From positions 1 to 64,000 of the IMG/VR virus record IMGVR_UViG_3300025141_000060: a stretch of 64,000 bases of DNA; one strand, written 5' to 3'. The position numbers were made by a program, and so were the translations under genes. The stretch comes from a virus. The notes beneath the pieces were generated by a model that was given only the letters and a program-made list of their open reading frames with translations, did not search any database and was not told the DNA's origin. Position 1 is the first letter of the stretch. Each line of letters starts with the position of its first letter. Below are positions 8,700 through 20,100 of the stretch, one piece after another.

Positions 8700-10217
8700 T
8701 TATTCTTCTTCTTCTGCTGCTATCTTTGCTTTAAGTGCTCGACCGACTCTTCCAGGCCGTCTCTTCTTTGCAGCGTCTTGTTGGGATTGTCGTTTCCCTT
8801 CTGGAGTCTTGGCGTGAGCGGTCATAACAGCAGCCGTTCCACCCCCATCATCGTGGCTTGGAGCTTCTCGTTTTACAGGAGTCGCTGCTTCTGGCGTTGG
8901 ATGGCTTCGAAGGTCTGTAGCTCTTGTAGATGGTCGCTTAACCTGAGCCTGTCGTTGAAGTCCTTTATCTTTCCGAATTGCGGCAAGTTTAGCATCAACC
9001 CTTGCACGAACAGCGGCTTTATCTACTTGACGAATACCAGTTTGAGTTAAAGCATCTCCTTTATCTCTTAGCTTCTCACCCTTCACATCCAGTTTCCCTG
9101 CTTTCTTTAGCAAACGACCCTTTCTCCATCCATGAATAGCACCTCTAATCCCGCCTGATGGGGTTGACATATCTTTTACAGCCTCTGTGTCTCTAGTAGC
9201 CTTCTTCATCATTTGGGCTCCTTTTTGAGCAATCGCACCACCTTTTGTCCTCAGCCTTGCTTGACGCCTTTGCGTTCTTTCTGACCCTCTATGGCGAAAT
9301 GCTTCATCTAAGTCTTCTAAAAGTAGTCCTTTTAAAGCAGCATAAGTATTTAATCCTTCATAATTCTCTACGTTCTCTACAAGAAACTCCCTTAAAAATG
9401 CATACTGATTTATGCCTTCAACTACTTCCTGAGGTTCTGTAACCGTTTCAGCATCCTCATACCCCCGTGTCTTTCTCGCAACGCGAGGAGGACCTGTGTA
9501 TGCTCCGTAGAAATCTTCCCAATTACGGAAAGGGTCTTCAGCGGTAGGCTTTTTCTTGTCCTTTTTAACTTCAGTAGGCTTTCCACCTTGGTTTCCCCAC
9601 TTTGAAGTTTTTTCTCTAAGCATGTCTTTAAGCATAGTGCTAAAAACTTTTTCCTTAGCTGCTTTATCTAAAGTATCTTTAACAATCTCTTCAACTAAGG
9701 CAGATTGATCGGTTGATTCCGCTAAACCAGGGAAGGCTCCTCTGGTAGAAGGATCAGCAACTAAATCAAAGGTTACAAGTTTAAAATCTTCATTAACGTG
9801 CTTTGAGCCATCAGCTTGTTCTGATAAAGTTCCCATGCCTCTAGAAGAAATACCTACCTTAACCCCACCTTCCACTAAAGCCTGGGCAACTTTACCAGCG
9901 GGAGTGTCTAAAATCTCACACTCACCAACCAACTCACTACCTTTAAAATCCAAATTTGTAATAAGGTGAGAAACATTGCTTAGTTTAACTGAATCGTGTG
10001 TAGGATGATCAAGTTCTCCTAAAAGTCTCCTTTCAGACATAGCCTCAGCTATACGCTTAACCTCTCTTTCTAAAATTGGCTTAGAGTAAATTCTACCGTT
10101 GTTATTTTTCTCATCACACCTGCCGAAAACTCCGCGCAGTTTGGTGATATTTTTCCCATCTCGGCTCTCTTGAACCAATTGGGCGTTCTCTACTATGAAT
10201 GTGTCAGTTAAAATCAT
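8700..10217 (-). CDS. gp21: Prohead protease (gp21-like) with long C-terminal extension
   Basis: NNNGRIY, LLGELDHP, ILDTPAG, GISSRGMG, TFDLVADPST in the first ~165 aa; last ~200 aa are Lys/Arg/Ala-rich. Confidence 0.92.
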   Translation of the reverse strand: MILTDTFIVENAQLVQESRDGKNITKLRGVFGRCDEKNNNGRIYSKPILEREVKRIAEAMSERRLLGELDHPTHDSVKLSNVSHLITNLDFKGSELVGECEILDTPAGKVAQALVEGGVKVGISSRGMGTLSEQADGSKHVNEDFKLVTFDLVADPSTRGAFPGLAESTDQSALVEEIVKDTLDKAAKEKVFSTMLKDMLREKTSKWGNQGGKPTEVKKDKKKPTAEDPFRNWEDFYGAYTGPPRVARKTRGYEDAETVTEPQEVVEGINQYAFLREFLVENVENYEGLNTYAALKGLLLEDLDEAFRHRGSERTQRRQARLRTKGGAIAQKGAQMMKKATRDTEAVKDMSTPSGGIRGAIHGWRKGRLLKKAGKLDVKGEKLRDKGDALTQTGIRQVDKAAVRARVDAKLAAIRKDKGLQRQAQVKRPSTRATDLRSHPTPEAATPVKREAPSHDDGGGTAAVMTAHAKTPEGKRQSQQDAAKKRRPGRVGRALKAKIAAEEEE

Positions 10218-10588
10218 TTTTTCTTTACCTTGTACTTGTCGAATTTTCGGGATTTTTGCTTCCCGTGTTTTTTCATTGTTCGGACTGAATGCCCTTTAAT
10301 ACTATCCCACTTCGCAGAGGGGGTCGCTGATCCAGGTGTAAATCCTTTAGCTATTCGGCCTGAACTTTTTTTACCCCAACCAGCTTTACTAATAACATAA
10401 AGCCGTGCTGCGCCTTTAGTTGAGAATATTTGACCGAGATATCCTCGACGTAAAGCAATTTTAATACTAGGGTAGTTTTTTACCTTTGATTTTTTAGCCG
10501 TTACAGGTCCATCCTTTAGAGTGTGGTATGACCCCCTCTTCTTTGGTCGGCTCTTGGCTTCAGCTAATATGTCTATTAATAAGGCCAT
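10214..10588 (-). CDS. Highly basic small protein, probable internal head protein
   Basis: MALLIDILAE leader followed by a Lys/Arg-rich body; translationally coupled to the protease gene. Confidence 0.65.
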   Translation of the reverse strand: MALLIDILAEAKSRPKKRGSYHTLKDGPVTAKKSKVKNYPSIKIALRRGYLGQIFSTKGAARLYVISKAGWGKKSSGRIAKGFTPGSATPSAKWDSIKGHSVRTMKKHGKQKSRKFDKYKVKKK

Positions 10589-11037
10589 GCTTTCTTACGT
10601 TTCTTTTTTTTGGTCGTTTTTCGTCTGGATCTCCCTTCTGAAGACCCAGTTCCGTTTCGTCCTACGGAATTAAATGCACCCGCATCACCACCAACCATAC
10701 CAAAGCTTTCCATTAAGGCAACAAGCTCTTTAAGATCTTCAACCTTTTTCTCATACTCTTTAACCAAATGCTGTTTGTAGACAGTTTCTTCGGTCAAAGG
10801 TACTTGAGGCTTAGGCTTAGGTTGTATTGTTTGGGGGGCTCTTTCTTTAACTTCAATGCCTGCCTTTGACCAAAGACCTTCAGACACCATTTGAGCAGCA
10901 AAATCATCGGGAACTTCGACATCGGAAACATCAGGCGCTTGGGGGGCCTGAGCAGCAGCAAACTGTACAGGCTTCCCCTTTTGCACATCTTCTTCAAGAA
11001 TGCTTTGCGCGAACTCAGCGATATCAAGCTCGTTCAT
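10576..11037 (-). CDS. Prohead core-like protein
   Basis: SILEE, MVSEG, PLTEE, LVKEY, ALMES motifs; basic C-terminal tail; head operon position. Confidence 0.55.
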   Translation of the reverse strand: MNELDIAEFAQSILEEDVQKGKPVQFAAAQAPQAPDVSDVEVPDDFAAQMVSEGLWSKAGIEVKERAPQTIQPKPKPQVPLTEETVYKQHLVKEYEKKVEDLKELVALMESFGMVGGDAGAFNSVGRNGTGSSEGRSRRKTTKKKKRKKAWPY

Positions 11038-11414
11038 TACTCGTCTTCTTCTTCTTCTTCGTCCTCTTCGCAGCCCTCGCCGCCCTCATTGAGTTGCTCA
11101 TAGGCTACATCAAAAACATCAAGCATGCTCATAGCATGCTCCATAAGAGAATCGTCATCTAAGTTGTCAAGAACTACCTGAAGATCATCAAGATCAAAAG
11201 TAAGGTCTTCCTCAGCCTGATCCAAACCCTGGGGCTCCTCATATTCATTAGCAACACCCTTTTCGTACTCAGCTACGGTACCAATCTCACCTTCATTCTC
11301 CGAAGACTCATTAACAGTTTCTCTCTTTACAACATTAATTTTTGCTTTTTGCCAGAGGGAACTCTCAAGGATTGCGTCAACAAAATCCTTGTCTACATTT
11401 TCATTAAAATTCAT
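11037..11414 (-). CDS. Acidic prohead core-like protein (gp67/gp68 position)
   Basis: Very acidic 125 aa with AILES, TVNES, QLNEG; GGAG RBS; first gene after a late promoter. Confidence 0.6.
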   Translation of the reverse strand: MNFNENVDKDFVDAILESSLWQKAKINVVKRETVNESSENEGEIGTVAEYEKGVANEYEEPQGLDQAEEDLTFDLDDLQVVLDNLDDDSLMEHAMSMLDVFDVAYEQLNEGGEGCEEDEEEEEDE

Positions 11415-11452
11415 ATTTATTCTCCATAAATCATAATAAGGGCGAAAACCCT

Positions 11453-11466
11453 CTACGAGTATGTAC
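11453..11466 (-). promoter_or_regulatory. Late promoter candidate (GTACATACTCGTAG)
   Basis: TACATA-N4-TAG upstream of the head-core/protease operon, followed by a small hairpin AGGGTTTTCGCCCT. Confidence 0.5.
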
Positions 11467-11510
11467 TGACTTACAGTGCTTTATAGCAAAAAAAAATCTT
11501 TTTGCAGAGA

Positions 11511-14500
11511 TCAGGCTGTCGGGTTAAATCCTCCTGGGTCTGGGGGGCCTCCAGGAGATGGTGTTGGAGTAGATATAGGAGCCCTCTTAGCGGATATTTT
11601 AGGAGCTTCAGCATTGTCAAGCAACAAAACAGGGGAGGCATTACTAATATTTGAAATTTCTTTTACGGGAACAAAATAAGTTTCATTTACCGTTTTATCC
11701 TCAGTTATTAAATTCTGTGCGAGCCTTGCTCGAAAAAAGTACCCCACTTCTTGATCAAAACCAAAAGACCGATAAGTACTTGGCTCTAACCTAGAGTATA
11801 AATCATAAATAGTTATTGAATCTCTACTTGTTAGTGAGTAGACTGTTTTTATTTTATTTATTTCAGCCAAAGCTTTTCCTGTAGGCAACACCTTCCTAGG
11901 CAAGGATTCAGTCCCCTCTGTATATTTTTTAATAGCATTAACTGCCGTAGTATCAAAAACATACTTCACCTTCTCCTGATAAATAATATTATTCTCAATA
12001 TCTAAATCAAAATTAATGCTATCTGTAGACGTATACTCTGTCTTTAAATACACAGGCTTAAAGTCCTGGTTTTTATTTTTTCTTGTAAAAGGGGATACTC
12101 TTAATGTAGCTCGTCTAGTATTAAAAGCAACTAGTTTGGATCTTTTGTGAGAGAAAACATTCTCAGTCCTATCGCTAGGAATAATCAAAATATGCTGCGG
12201 CAACTGTCGAATTAAAATAAGATTGTCTGGTGTATTAGAAAAATTATTTAACGTGAGATCTTTCCAAGTTAAGGTTCCTGTTTTTGTTTTCTCTAGGTGA
12301 TTAAACAACATATCATCATGTCGTAAATAAACAACCATATTAGGGAACGCATTGTTTTTAACGTACTCATCTATCCCAGTAGTGGTGTAGTCATACACAG
12401 CCTTAGTTTTTCTACTAAACAGCGTATCTCCGTTTGAAACTCCATTAGGCAAATCTTCAATCGTATCCTTGTTTAATTTGAGAAAATAATAATCTGCTCT
12501 GGCGCTAGTTGTGTCAACATTATATTCCACCAAATCTGAGATATCGGAACTACAGTCTAACCTCATATGGAAATCTTCACCAGCTAAGACTGAAGCCTGG
12601 GATATCACCTCTGGCCCTAATACTTTTGCTTTTTCTAAATCAGAATGCACTGTTAAGCGATCATCCCCACCGACAGTATCTGCTAAAAAGAAATCCCCGT
12701 TCTGCATCTCTAAAGTATGAGAAGTTCCAGTTGAATCAAAAACAGTTATTTTGTCGCTATTTGGGATATAAACAGGCGTATCTACTCCTTCGGATGTAGA
12801 AAATATAATATTTTTATTGAGGTCTTCTGAGAGAGGCTTCCAATTAATTAATTTATTTTTAAGAACAACTCCGTAATCGTTTGGGTTTATAGATACGCAA
12901 TTCTGAAGTATGAGGTTGAGTGCATTATAATTATCAACACCTAGTTTATTCGTTTTTTCTATTGAAGTAGTACTTAAATCTTCTTGTGACAAAGCTACAA
13001 AATCTTCTTCAGAAAAGTATATCTCATTCCTGATTAATCCTTGAGCCATACTTGAAATAAAAGCATTTTCTAGAGGAGCCCCAGCTAAAGACAGCTTACC
13101 CTCTAAAGAGGTTTTTATATTATCGCTTAAACTATTTTTTAATTTTTTATGGGTAAAAGCGCTGTATAAATAATCAGAATCTTCACTTCCTGCATTAACA
13201 TCTAAAATACCCTTAACTGTCTCATCAACTACTGTTCCAAAAATTGATTTCTTAACAAAAGGTAACCCTAAAGATTTGATTTGTTTTGATGCACTATAAA
13301 AAGTATAATTAGGATTGGTAATTCCATTACTGTAAGTAATAGTTTGTCTTTTTCTTGCCTCTGCTTGGGGAGATATTTCTACAGGAACACTCCTATGATA
13401 TGCTCGTTTTCCTGGAGCCTCTAAAGATACAAAGGTTCTTCGTGAAGAAGTTACAGGTTGTTTACTGCTAAGGCTTTTAGGTACTTTAATTTTAGTACCC
13501 GCAAGACCATTAGTTATGGTCGTAAAATTCTCAGGACTTCCACCAGCCCCACCAGATAATAAGACGGTTAATGTATATGTGTGGACCCCGCCTCCTCCAT
13601 CACCGACCTGTATATCAACAGCTACAGGGTTTGTCCCAGTATCAAAAGAATTCTCCAAAGGTCTGAAAATAATATTTCCTGTACTATTATCTGATTCAAC
13701 ACCATTATACGAATATCCGGTCCAGCCATAAGTTTCAGACCCGCCATCATAAGTAGGAGGATTTCCTTTACTATCACGAACCCAAATATGCTCAACCTCC
13801 GAACCAGCAGGCCAATCCGTAGGTTGAAGAGTATAAATAGATTCTAAACTAGAATCATTAGTAGTTATTGTGACTGCCTCCCCCTCATCGTATCCAGGAT
13901 TACCCCCAACAAAATCAACTAGATCTAGTGGGATTCCAATCTGAATTTGATCAAGATCCCCAGAAAAACCAGGCTTAGGAGCTATAGGAATTCTCAACCC
14001 CAACTGAGGGCTTGACGGACCAATTCCTTCCAAATCTATAATCGTTGATCTAGCTTGCAGCGTCCCCCCTGGCTGCATATTAAAATTATCGTCAGTGTAT
14101 CCCGCATACTCATAAGCAGGAGGAGGTGTTAAAGTTGGGGTGTCCGTTATTTCATAATCCCCCAAAAACCAAGTCTCTGGAGTTAAAGTATGTATAACCT
14201 CTTTTTCTACTGGAGTATTGTATTGAACTATAAGGTCCCCTTTGTAGGTAATAACAGGCTCTTCAGCTTCAGGGACATCAACATCAACAATGGTAGCAGG
14301 AACACTAATATATTCTTGTGTTCTATACCACTCATTATACTCATCCCCAGCATCAAAAGGGAAGCTAACAAGCCAAGAGACTTCAAACAGAGGTGAATTA
14401 GGTGATCCAATTAGTAAGCTATCCAATAATCCAGTGTTTGCCGCATAAAAAGACTGTGCTTCGGGCGACGTTGGTATAGTAACCTCTATGGTTGGATTAT

Positions 14501-14957
14501 AAACAAAGTTGTCTTCAGAGTCTATCGTTGGGTTATCAAGCCCATAAATACGCGCACTAAAACCGTCAGGGCAATCAGGATGGTTTAATAAATCCCCTGT
14601 AATAGGCATGGATACCTCAGTTATTTCACCCCCTACAGGATTAGTTGGGTCATAAAAAACAATATCAGTATCAGCGGTTGAGATAGGAATAGACTCACAT
14701 ATAACAACAATTACAGTAGAACCTGGAGAATCTTCCGCTGGAATAAACACCCTATCAGGAAGGTCAATAAAAGGCTCCCCTGGGTAGGGTGGTCCCCCTC
14801 CCCCATTTCCAGGAGGGGGAATTTTGTCCCCCTCCAATTCGCCACCTGGAACCTCAGGTTGGTCAACAAAAGTAACCCCTGGGGGCAGCCCCCCAGGAGG
14901 CTCTTCATTTCCACCTTCTCCTGGTTGCGCTGTAGTACAATCTGAAAAGCGAACCAT
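11511..14957 (-). CDS. Large virion structural protein, unknown function
   Basis: 1148 aa at the end of the baseplate/fibre operon; Pro/Gly-rich termini and an acidic, beta-rich N-terminal half. Confidence 0.6.
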   Translation of the reverse strand: MVRFSDCTTAQPGEGGNEEPPGGLPPGVTFVDQPEVPGGELEGDKIPPPGNGGGGPPYPGEPFIDLPDRVFIPAEDSPGSTVIVVICESIPISTADTDIVFYDPTNPVGGEITEVSMPITGDLLNHPDCPDGFSARIYGLDNPTIDSEDNFVYNPTIEVTIPTSPEAQSFYAANTGLLDSLLIGSPNSPLFEVSWLVSFPFDAGDEYNEWYRTQEYISVPATIVDVDVPEAEEPVITYKGDLIVQYNTPVEKEVIHTLTPETWFLGDYEITDTPTLTPPPAYEYAGYTDDNFNMQPGGTLQARSTIIDLEGIGPSSPQLGLRIPIAPKPGFSGDLDQIQIGIPLDLVDFVGGNPGYDEGEAVTITTNDSSLESIYTLQPTDWPAGSEVEHIWVRDSKGNPPTYDGGSETYGWTGYSYNGVESDNSTGNIIFRPLENSFDTGTNPVAVDIQVGDGGGGVHTYTLTVLLSGGAGGSPENFTTITNGLAGTKIKVPKSLSSKQPVTSSRRTFVSLEAPGKRAYHRSVPVEISPQAEARKRQTITYSNGITNPNYTFYSASKQIKSLGLPFVKKSIFGTVVDETVKGILDVNAGSEDSDYLYSAFTHKKLKNSLSDNIKTSLEGKLSLAGAPLENAFISSMAQGLIRNEIYFSEEDFVALSQEDLSTTSIEKTNKLGVDNYNALNLILQNCVSINPNDYGVVLKNKLINWKPLSEDLNKNIIFSTSEGVDTPVYIPNSDKITVFDSTGTSHTLEMQNGDFFLADTVGGDDRLTVHSDLEKAKVLGPEVISQASVLAGEDFHMRLDCSSDISDLVEYNVDTTSARADYYFLKLNKDTIEDLPNGVSNGDTLFSRKTKAVYDYTTTGIDEYVKNNAFPNMVVYLRHDDMLFNHLEKTKTGTLTWKDLTLNNFSNTPDNLILIRQLPQHILIIPSDRTENVFSHKRSKLVAFNTRRATLRVSPFTRKNKNQDFKPVYLKTEYTSTDSINFDLDIENNIIYQEKVKYVFDTTAVNAIKKYTEGTESLPRKVLPTGKALAEINKIKTVYSLTSRDSITIYDLYSRLEPSTYRSFGFDQEVGYFFRARLAQNLITEDKTVNETYFVPVKEISNISNASPVLLLDNAEAPKISAKRAPISTPTPSPGGPPDPGGFNPTA

Positions 14958-14968
14958 TAGTATCTTCC

Positions 14969-17179
14969 TTACCTAATAGTAGCTTCCGACCCGTCTATAT
15001 TCTGCTCTCGTTTAAGTCTTACACCACCACTAAGCCCAAAATTATTGCTTGTACTAGAACTGGTAGTAACAGTAAAGGCGACAGTTCTTTTGTGGTCTAT
15101 GTCCACTATAGTTTTATAACTTAAGTGTCCGTGAACAGTGTCTGAACCACTCGATGATACGTTCGGTTCTCCAATCCTTTCTCCATCAAGCCGTTGTTCA
15201 TGAGGAGCAGGAGCTAGTTTTTCGTCCGTATCAGCATCAACCATCTCAATCCAAAAGGTCTTACTTGCATCATGCTGTCTAGTGTCCCAAATACTTATGT
15301 CTAAGTCCAAGCTGTACCTCCCAGGGATAAGCTCTACCGTGACATCACCATCTGCGGGAGCACTAATAGCCGAAGGGGTTGAATATTCAGCAAAAGCCTC
15401 AGGCCAGTTCTCTACTAAATTACAATTAATATTTTTTGCATCATATAAAGGGCATTTAAATCCCACACCATTCGAATCTGCTACATAATTGGAACCATCT
15501 ATATGCACAGTATGTATAGTCGAGGTTAACTGGGGTTTAGGCACAACAGCAAAATTATCTAATTGACCAGTAATATCACCAGCAATGGTATTCACATACT
15601 TCATAATAAAATCTCTCATAGATTCAAGGCTATTATAAAGTTCGTATTTTCCTGTAGCTGGATTAGCCAAGGATAAAGGTGGGTTAGCAGCACCTACTCC
15701 AGCCCTCTCATTATATGTTAATTCAGCAGTTCTAAGGAAAGGACGGATATCAATAATATCATCTACCGTAATAACAGGACTACCCCTTTTAACAATTACA
15801 TAACATAAAGGAAGGACTGTTTGGCCTAAAGTAGTTAAATTAGATTCCGTCGCGTTATCTGCTAAAATAGGAGCTAAGTTCAAAAGATCATCAGGTGAAG
15901 GAAAATTATTTCCTACGTCTCTACCTTCTCCAAAAGGAGTATTATTAGTCCCTAACTGATCAGAAAGAGGGGATTGAATACTTAAATCTGCAAACTCAGA
16001 CAACTGCTGTTGTAGATCATAATATTTATCAGGATTATTCGCTTGGGAATCCCAAGGAGGAGTTCCAATAAAATCAGAATTGTTAATTATATCGTAGGCT
16101 ATGTCGCCTTGAAAACTCTTAGGGGTGAGGATTGCACCCGCACCCTTAACAACCCCTAAAGTAGGCTTCGTTATCTGCTGAGGTCCTCCTCCGCTATCTT
16201 TAACAATATGGGATGCAGGACTATCCACAGGATGAGAATACATAAATACTAAATCTATTCTAACTTGTGGGTCATACGTATCATTTTTGTCAATATAATC
16301 ATAATCTTCAAAAGGAGGAATGATTATTGATAACTGATCAGTAGAGTTAACTACAGAGGTCCTAAAGACCCCCTTCCATCTCCTACAGAAATCGACAGAT
16401 AGTTGCTGAAGGTCAGGGAGGTAAGGTGCTTCGAAAGCGGTATTACTTCTTTGTTGCCATACCGCCGATTTAATTTTTGGCAACATAGAAAGAGATAAAC
16501 TTCCAACTGATAAAAAGGTGGGATCTAAAACAGTAGTTAAAGTAAACGGGCCTCCGGGAACACTAGCGGAACTAATTGGTGGATCAGTTACAAATAAAGA
16601 GGCGTGATGTTGATAATGATCAAATAATCCATTATTATATAATAACTGATTAATTTCAGAACTTACCAGAGCTTGAAATAAAGGATTACTTAGAACAATC
16701 GAAGGTGTTGTATAAACAGGGCTTCGTGCTAAATCTATAGTAGCTACATCCTCAGAAAAAGATGCCCACAAATCTTGGGGGGATGAACTATAAGCATCAT
16801 TTATTCTAGCGGTAAACTTCCCTGGACGAACATATAAAACTCGATCAGAATTGGTTACAAATGGCTGTAAATCAGTAATCTTAGACAGTGGGATTCCCGT
16901 AACATCAGTATCAATCCCCATGATTTGATCTTTCAACCACAAACAGTTCTCATGGATTTGCTTAAGAGGAATATTATCTACTTCATAAAAGTAAGGATCA
17001 TTAGCCTTGTAATATCGAGGAGGGTCAGTAAACCTAAAAGGAGAGGATACAAAATCAAATGATGCGTCTATTGAAGCGTTTGTTAAATTAAGAACATTTG
17101 ATCCTCCGTCACCCCCTCCGTTTGAGTCATCGCCATAGGCGTTCATAAAAACATTAAAGTTATTCAAATAATTCATCAT
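14969..17179 (-). CDS. Tail fibre-like protein
   Basis: N-terminal anchor motif YFYEVDNIPLKQIHE shared with the adjacent spike gene; C-terminal beta-sandwich-like tip (LIPGRYSLDLDISI). Confidence 0.6.
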   Translation of the reverse strand: MMNYLNNFNVFMNAYGDDSNGGGDGGSNVLNLTNASIDASFDFVSSPFRFTDPPRYYKANDPYFYEVDNIPLKQIHENCLWLKDQIMGIDTDVTGIPLSKITDLQPFVTNSDRVLYVRPGKFTARINDAYSSSPQDLWASFSEDVATIDLARSPVYTTPSIVLSNPLFQALVSSEINQLLYNNGLFDHYQHHASLFVTDPPISSASVPGGPFTLTTVLDPTFLSVGSLSLSMLPKIKSAVWQQRSNTAFEAPYLPDLQQLSVDFCRRWKGVFRTSVVNSTDQLSIIIPPFEDYDYIDKNDTYDPQVRIDLVFMYSHPVDSPASHIVKDSGGGPQQITKPTLGVVKGAGAILTPKSFQGDIAYDIINNSDFIGTPPWDSQANNPDKYYDLQQQLSEFADLSIQSPLSDQLGTNNTPFGEGRDVGNNFPSPDDLLNLAPILADNATESNLTTLGQTVLPLCYVIVKRGSPVITVDDIIDIRPFLRTAELTYNERAGVGAANPPLSLANPATGKYELYNSLESMRDFIMKYVNTIAGDITGQLDNFAVVPKPQLTSTIHTVHIDGSNYVADSNGVGFKCPLYDAKNINCNLVENWPEAFAEYSTPSAISAPADGDVTVELIPGRYSLDLDISIWDTRQHDASKTFWIEMVDADTDEKLAPAPHEQRLDGERIGEPNVSSSGSDTVHGHLSYKTIVDIDHKRTVAFTVTTSSSTSNNFGLSGGVRLKREQNIDGSEATIR

Positions 17180-20100
17180 ATACTCCTATCTAAATCGAAC
17201 ATGTTAATTGATTTTAGTCCTGCTCCTTGTCCATATGTAGCCCCACCATTGCCTGGGTTCCCGATTCCACCCCAATGGGTTGTAGATTTATAAATAGATA
17301 CATTAGGTGAGGCTCTTCCTGCGATTGGGGGCGCGGCACAGTTCTTAGCATTTGCAAAAACATCAGCAGCCCCCTCATCCAAATAAACATTTGTTCCTCT
17401 ATTAGGATCTATCACAGAAGAGGGGAAATAATACCCAGATGCTTCGGCTTTTTGCCCTGAATACCCATATCTTGTGGTATAGTGCAAAAGACCTAGATTA
17501 GTTGAGGTAACATCGTGAATGCCGCTTGGAACCCCAATATTGCCAGAAAGATTATATCCTTGCGCTAAATGCTGCATAGGTCTTGTGTCACCTGTTGCAA
17601 ACTCATCTATTCCTGTATTAGTAGGGGTCGCAGAAACATACCCCACATATCTCAACATAGGATTAACACTGAAGAATAATCTAAAAGGCCCCTTATTTAA
17701 GAAAGATGAGTGTGGGAAATCTTTTACATCACCTGTATACGCTTTATTTATGGCGCTCATTTCTACCGTCATAAAAGCAGATGCGTCATTGAACCCTAAG
17801 CCGTAACGATCACAAACACTAAGGGTTGAGGTGTCTGGTGTAGAGCTTAATGCACCATATGCAATGGCAGATCCATCCCGCCAGTCACGAAAACCGTGTC
17901 CCCCCTCAGAGAGTCCGCTAAGGAAAGTAGATCTAGGCCCGTGATAAGGTGTGGCAGAGGGGGTTGCAGCACTCACGGCTAAATGGGAAGCATAGAGCTT
18001 AGAGGTATCGCCTATATTCCATATCCTAAGTTGGTTACAACCTCCTGCGGTTGAACTTGCATCGAAATAGGTCCCATCAGCTAAAGTATATCCCGTTAGG
18101 AAGTGAACGCTATTTGCTTTTACTATACTATTCCCAAAAGCTTGTACACACATCCCCCCCGTTGATAAGGTGCTTTGTATGGTAGCCGAAGCCGAATCAG
18201 TAAAAGGATTAGTTAATAGGTAATTATATGCAATTTTACCACCAGTAGCGGGTTGAATAAGCTGGTCATGTTCGGCTGCTGTCATAACATCAGAATCTAA
18301 ATCAACGTCTGCCAAATTAACATCTATATGGTTTGTAGCATAAGATGCTAAAGCGGCGTTAGGATAAAACTGCATAGACCCTGCACTAACGAATTTTGCT
18401 ATATTAGAATCACTAAAATCACTATTAGGAATAGCGCATACTGTATTAGGACTTCCTAAGTTCTCCATAATAAGTTGAGAATTATTCACAACCGCAGCAC
18501 AGGTTTTTCCTGTGGAGTGTAATTCAACAGAGGTATGGTTCCCTTTGTTTAGTAAATTAAACCCAGTAACATCTAAATTTTGATCCAACCTCTTATGCGG
18601 AACAAACTCTACCACTGAATCATTTTCGCCAAGAACACAGGTCCCAAACTGAACAATTGAGGTAGGTCCTCTGAAAGAGACCTTAGAAGAATTTTCTGCA
18701 CAAACCCCTGCTACATTCTCGGAATCTCCAAAGTCTGGGGATCCCACGATGATAGTAGCGCCTTTAACAGTCCCCATGAAATTAACTTGAGAAGAGTTAG
18801 AAGCTTTGAGAGCAGCACCCCTTAAGCCTGAAGTTGTGTTGCTTAAGGAACTAGTATGAATCCTTGCGTGAACCAAATCGGCTTTGGATCGGTTCACGGA
18901 GATAGCAGGTATGGGACCATACAGTTCCCCATGAGAATCGTTAAACCGTAATGCTCCAAATTTATCAGGTATATTAATTGTGGATACATCTAAATAAGGA
19001 CTAAACTCACTACTATTATTTAAGTTTAAATGACATCCGTTTCTATGGAAGAATGTTTGTGCCATTCTGTTGGAATCTTTATCCACAGAATAATCTCTTC
19101 GTACTAAACCGTTATTATATTTTATAACAGAATTGTCTGCTGTTATGCCATTTGTCGTATGATTTTCAACAGTTAATCGGTCAGTCGATACATAAGAGTT
19201 CTTTAGCTCTACACCTATTTTATTGTTATAAATATCTAGATTTCCACTAACATCAATAACAGAGTTGGTTGCTTTTATACCAACATCATTATATGCAACA
19301 GCTAAAGTGGCATCATTCATAGTAGTATAGGGTCTACTCTGTCCCCCAACAAAAGTACTATTTTCTAGTAGTATTCCTGTATCATGGTTTTGAATATTAA
19401 AAAAGTAATCACTTCCAGAGGCATAAGTTGGGTCTATCCTTGCATCCACCCTACTATTAATTAGGTGAAGCCCAATAGTCTTTCTACTATTCCTAGTTTC
19501 TCCAGGGTCATCAGTTCCTACTTCATAATTTCTATTCGCAACAAAACCCCGTGTTAATTTAACGTCTGAGTTAATAAATTTAGCCCCAACCTCTTTATTC
19601 CGTGTTACAGAACAATTTTCAATATAAGGGCTAGAGTTTACAACTGTAATACCAATATCATTCTTATAAGTACTGTTTTTAAATACAGTCCCACCACCAC
19701 TAACACCATCAACACAGAACCCGCGTAAATAAAGAGGCCCAGTGCAATCCTCTATAAGAACAGACGAAACAGAATTAGCGTAAGTAACTCCTGTCATTTG
19801 TCTGTCCCAAGTAGTTGCGGGAGTAGACCTTTGAATTATCGCTTCTGTATCCTGTCTGAAGGATGATACATCTAATGAAGAACAGGAACCATCTTTAACG
19901 TTATTTGTAGCTCCATAAGAGAAGTTTTCATAATTAAGAAAAGAAAATGTTGCCGATAGCTGGGTATCAGTGTTGAGGAAATTAGCATAGGAATTCGCTC
20001 CCACATCTACAAACCCATAATATAGTCTACTATTGCGACTTCTATTTCCAGCAAAATTAACTGATTGAGCAAAAGTTCTGTTATAATGTTGTACAAAAAG

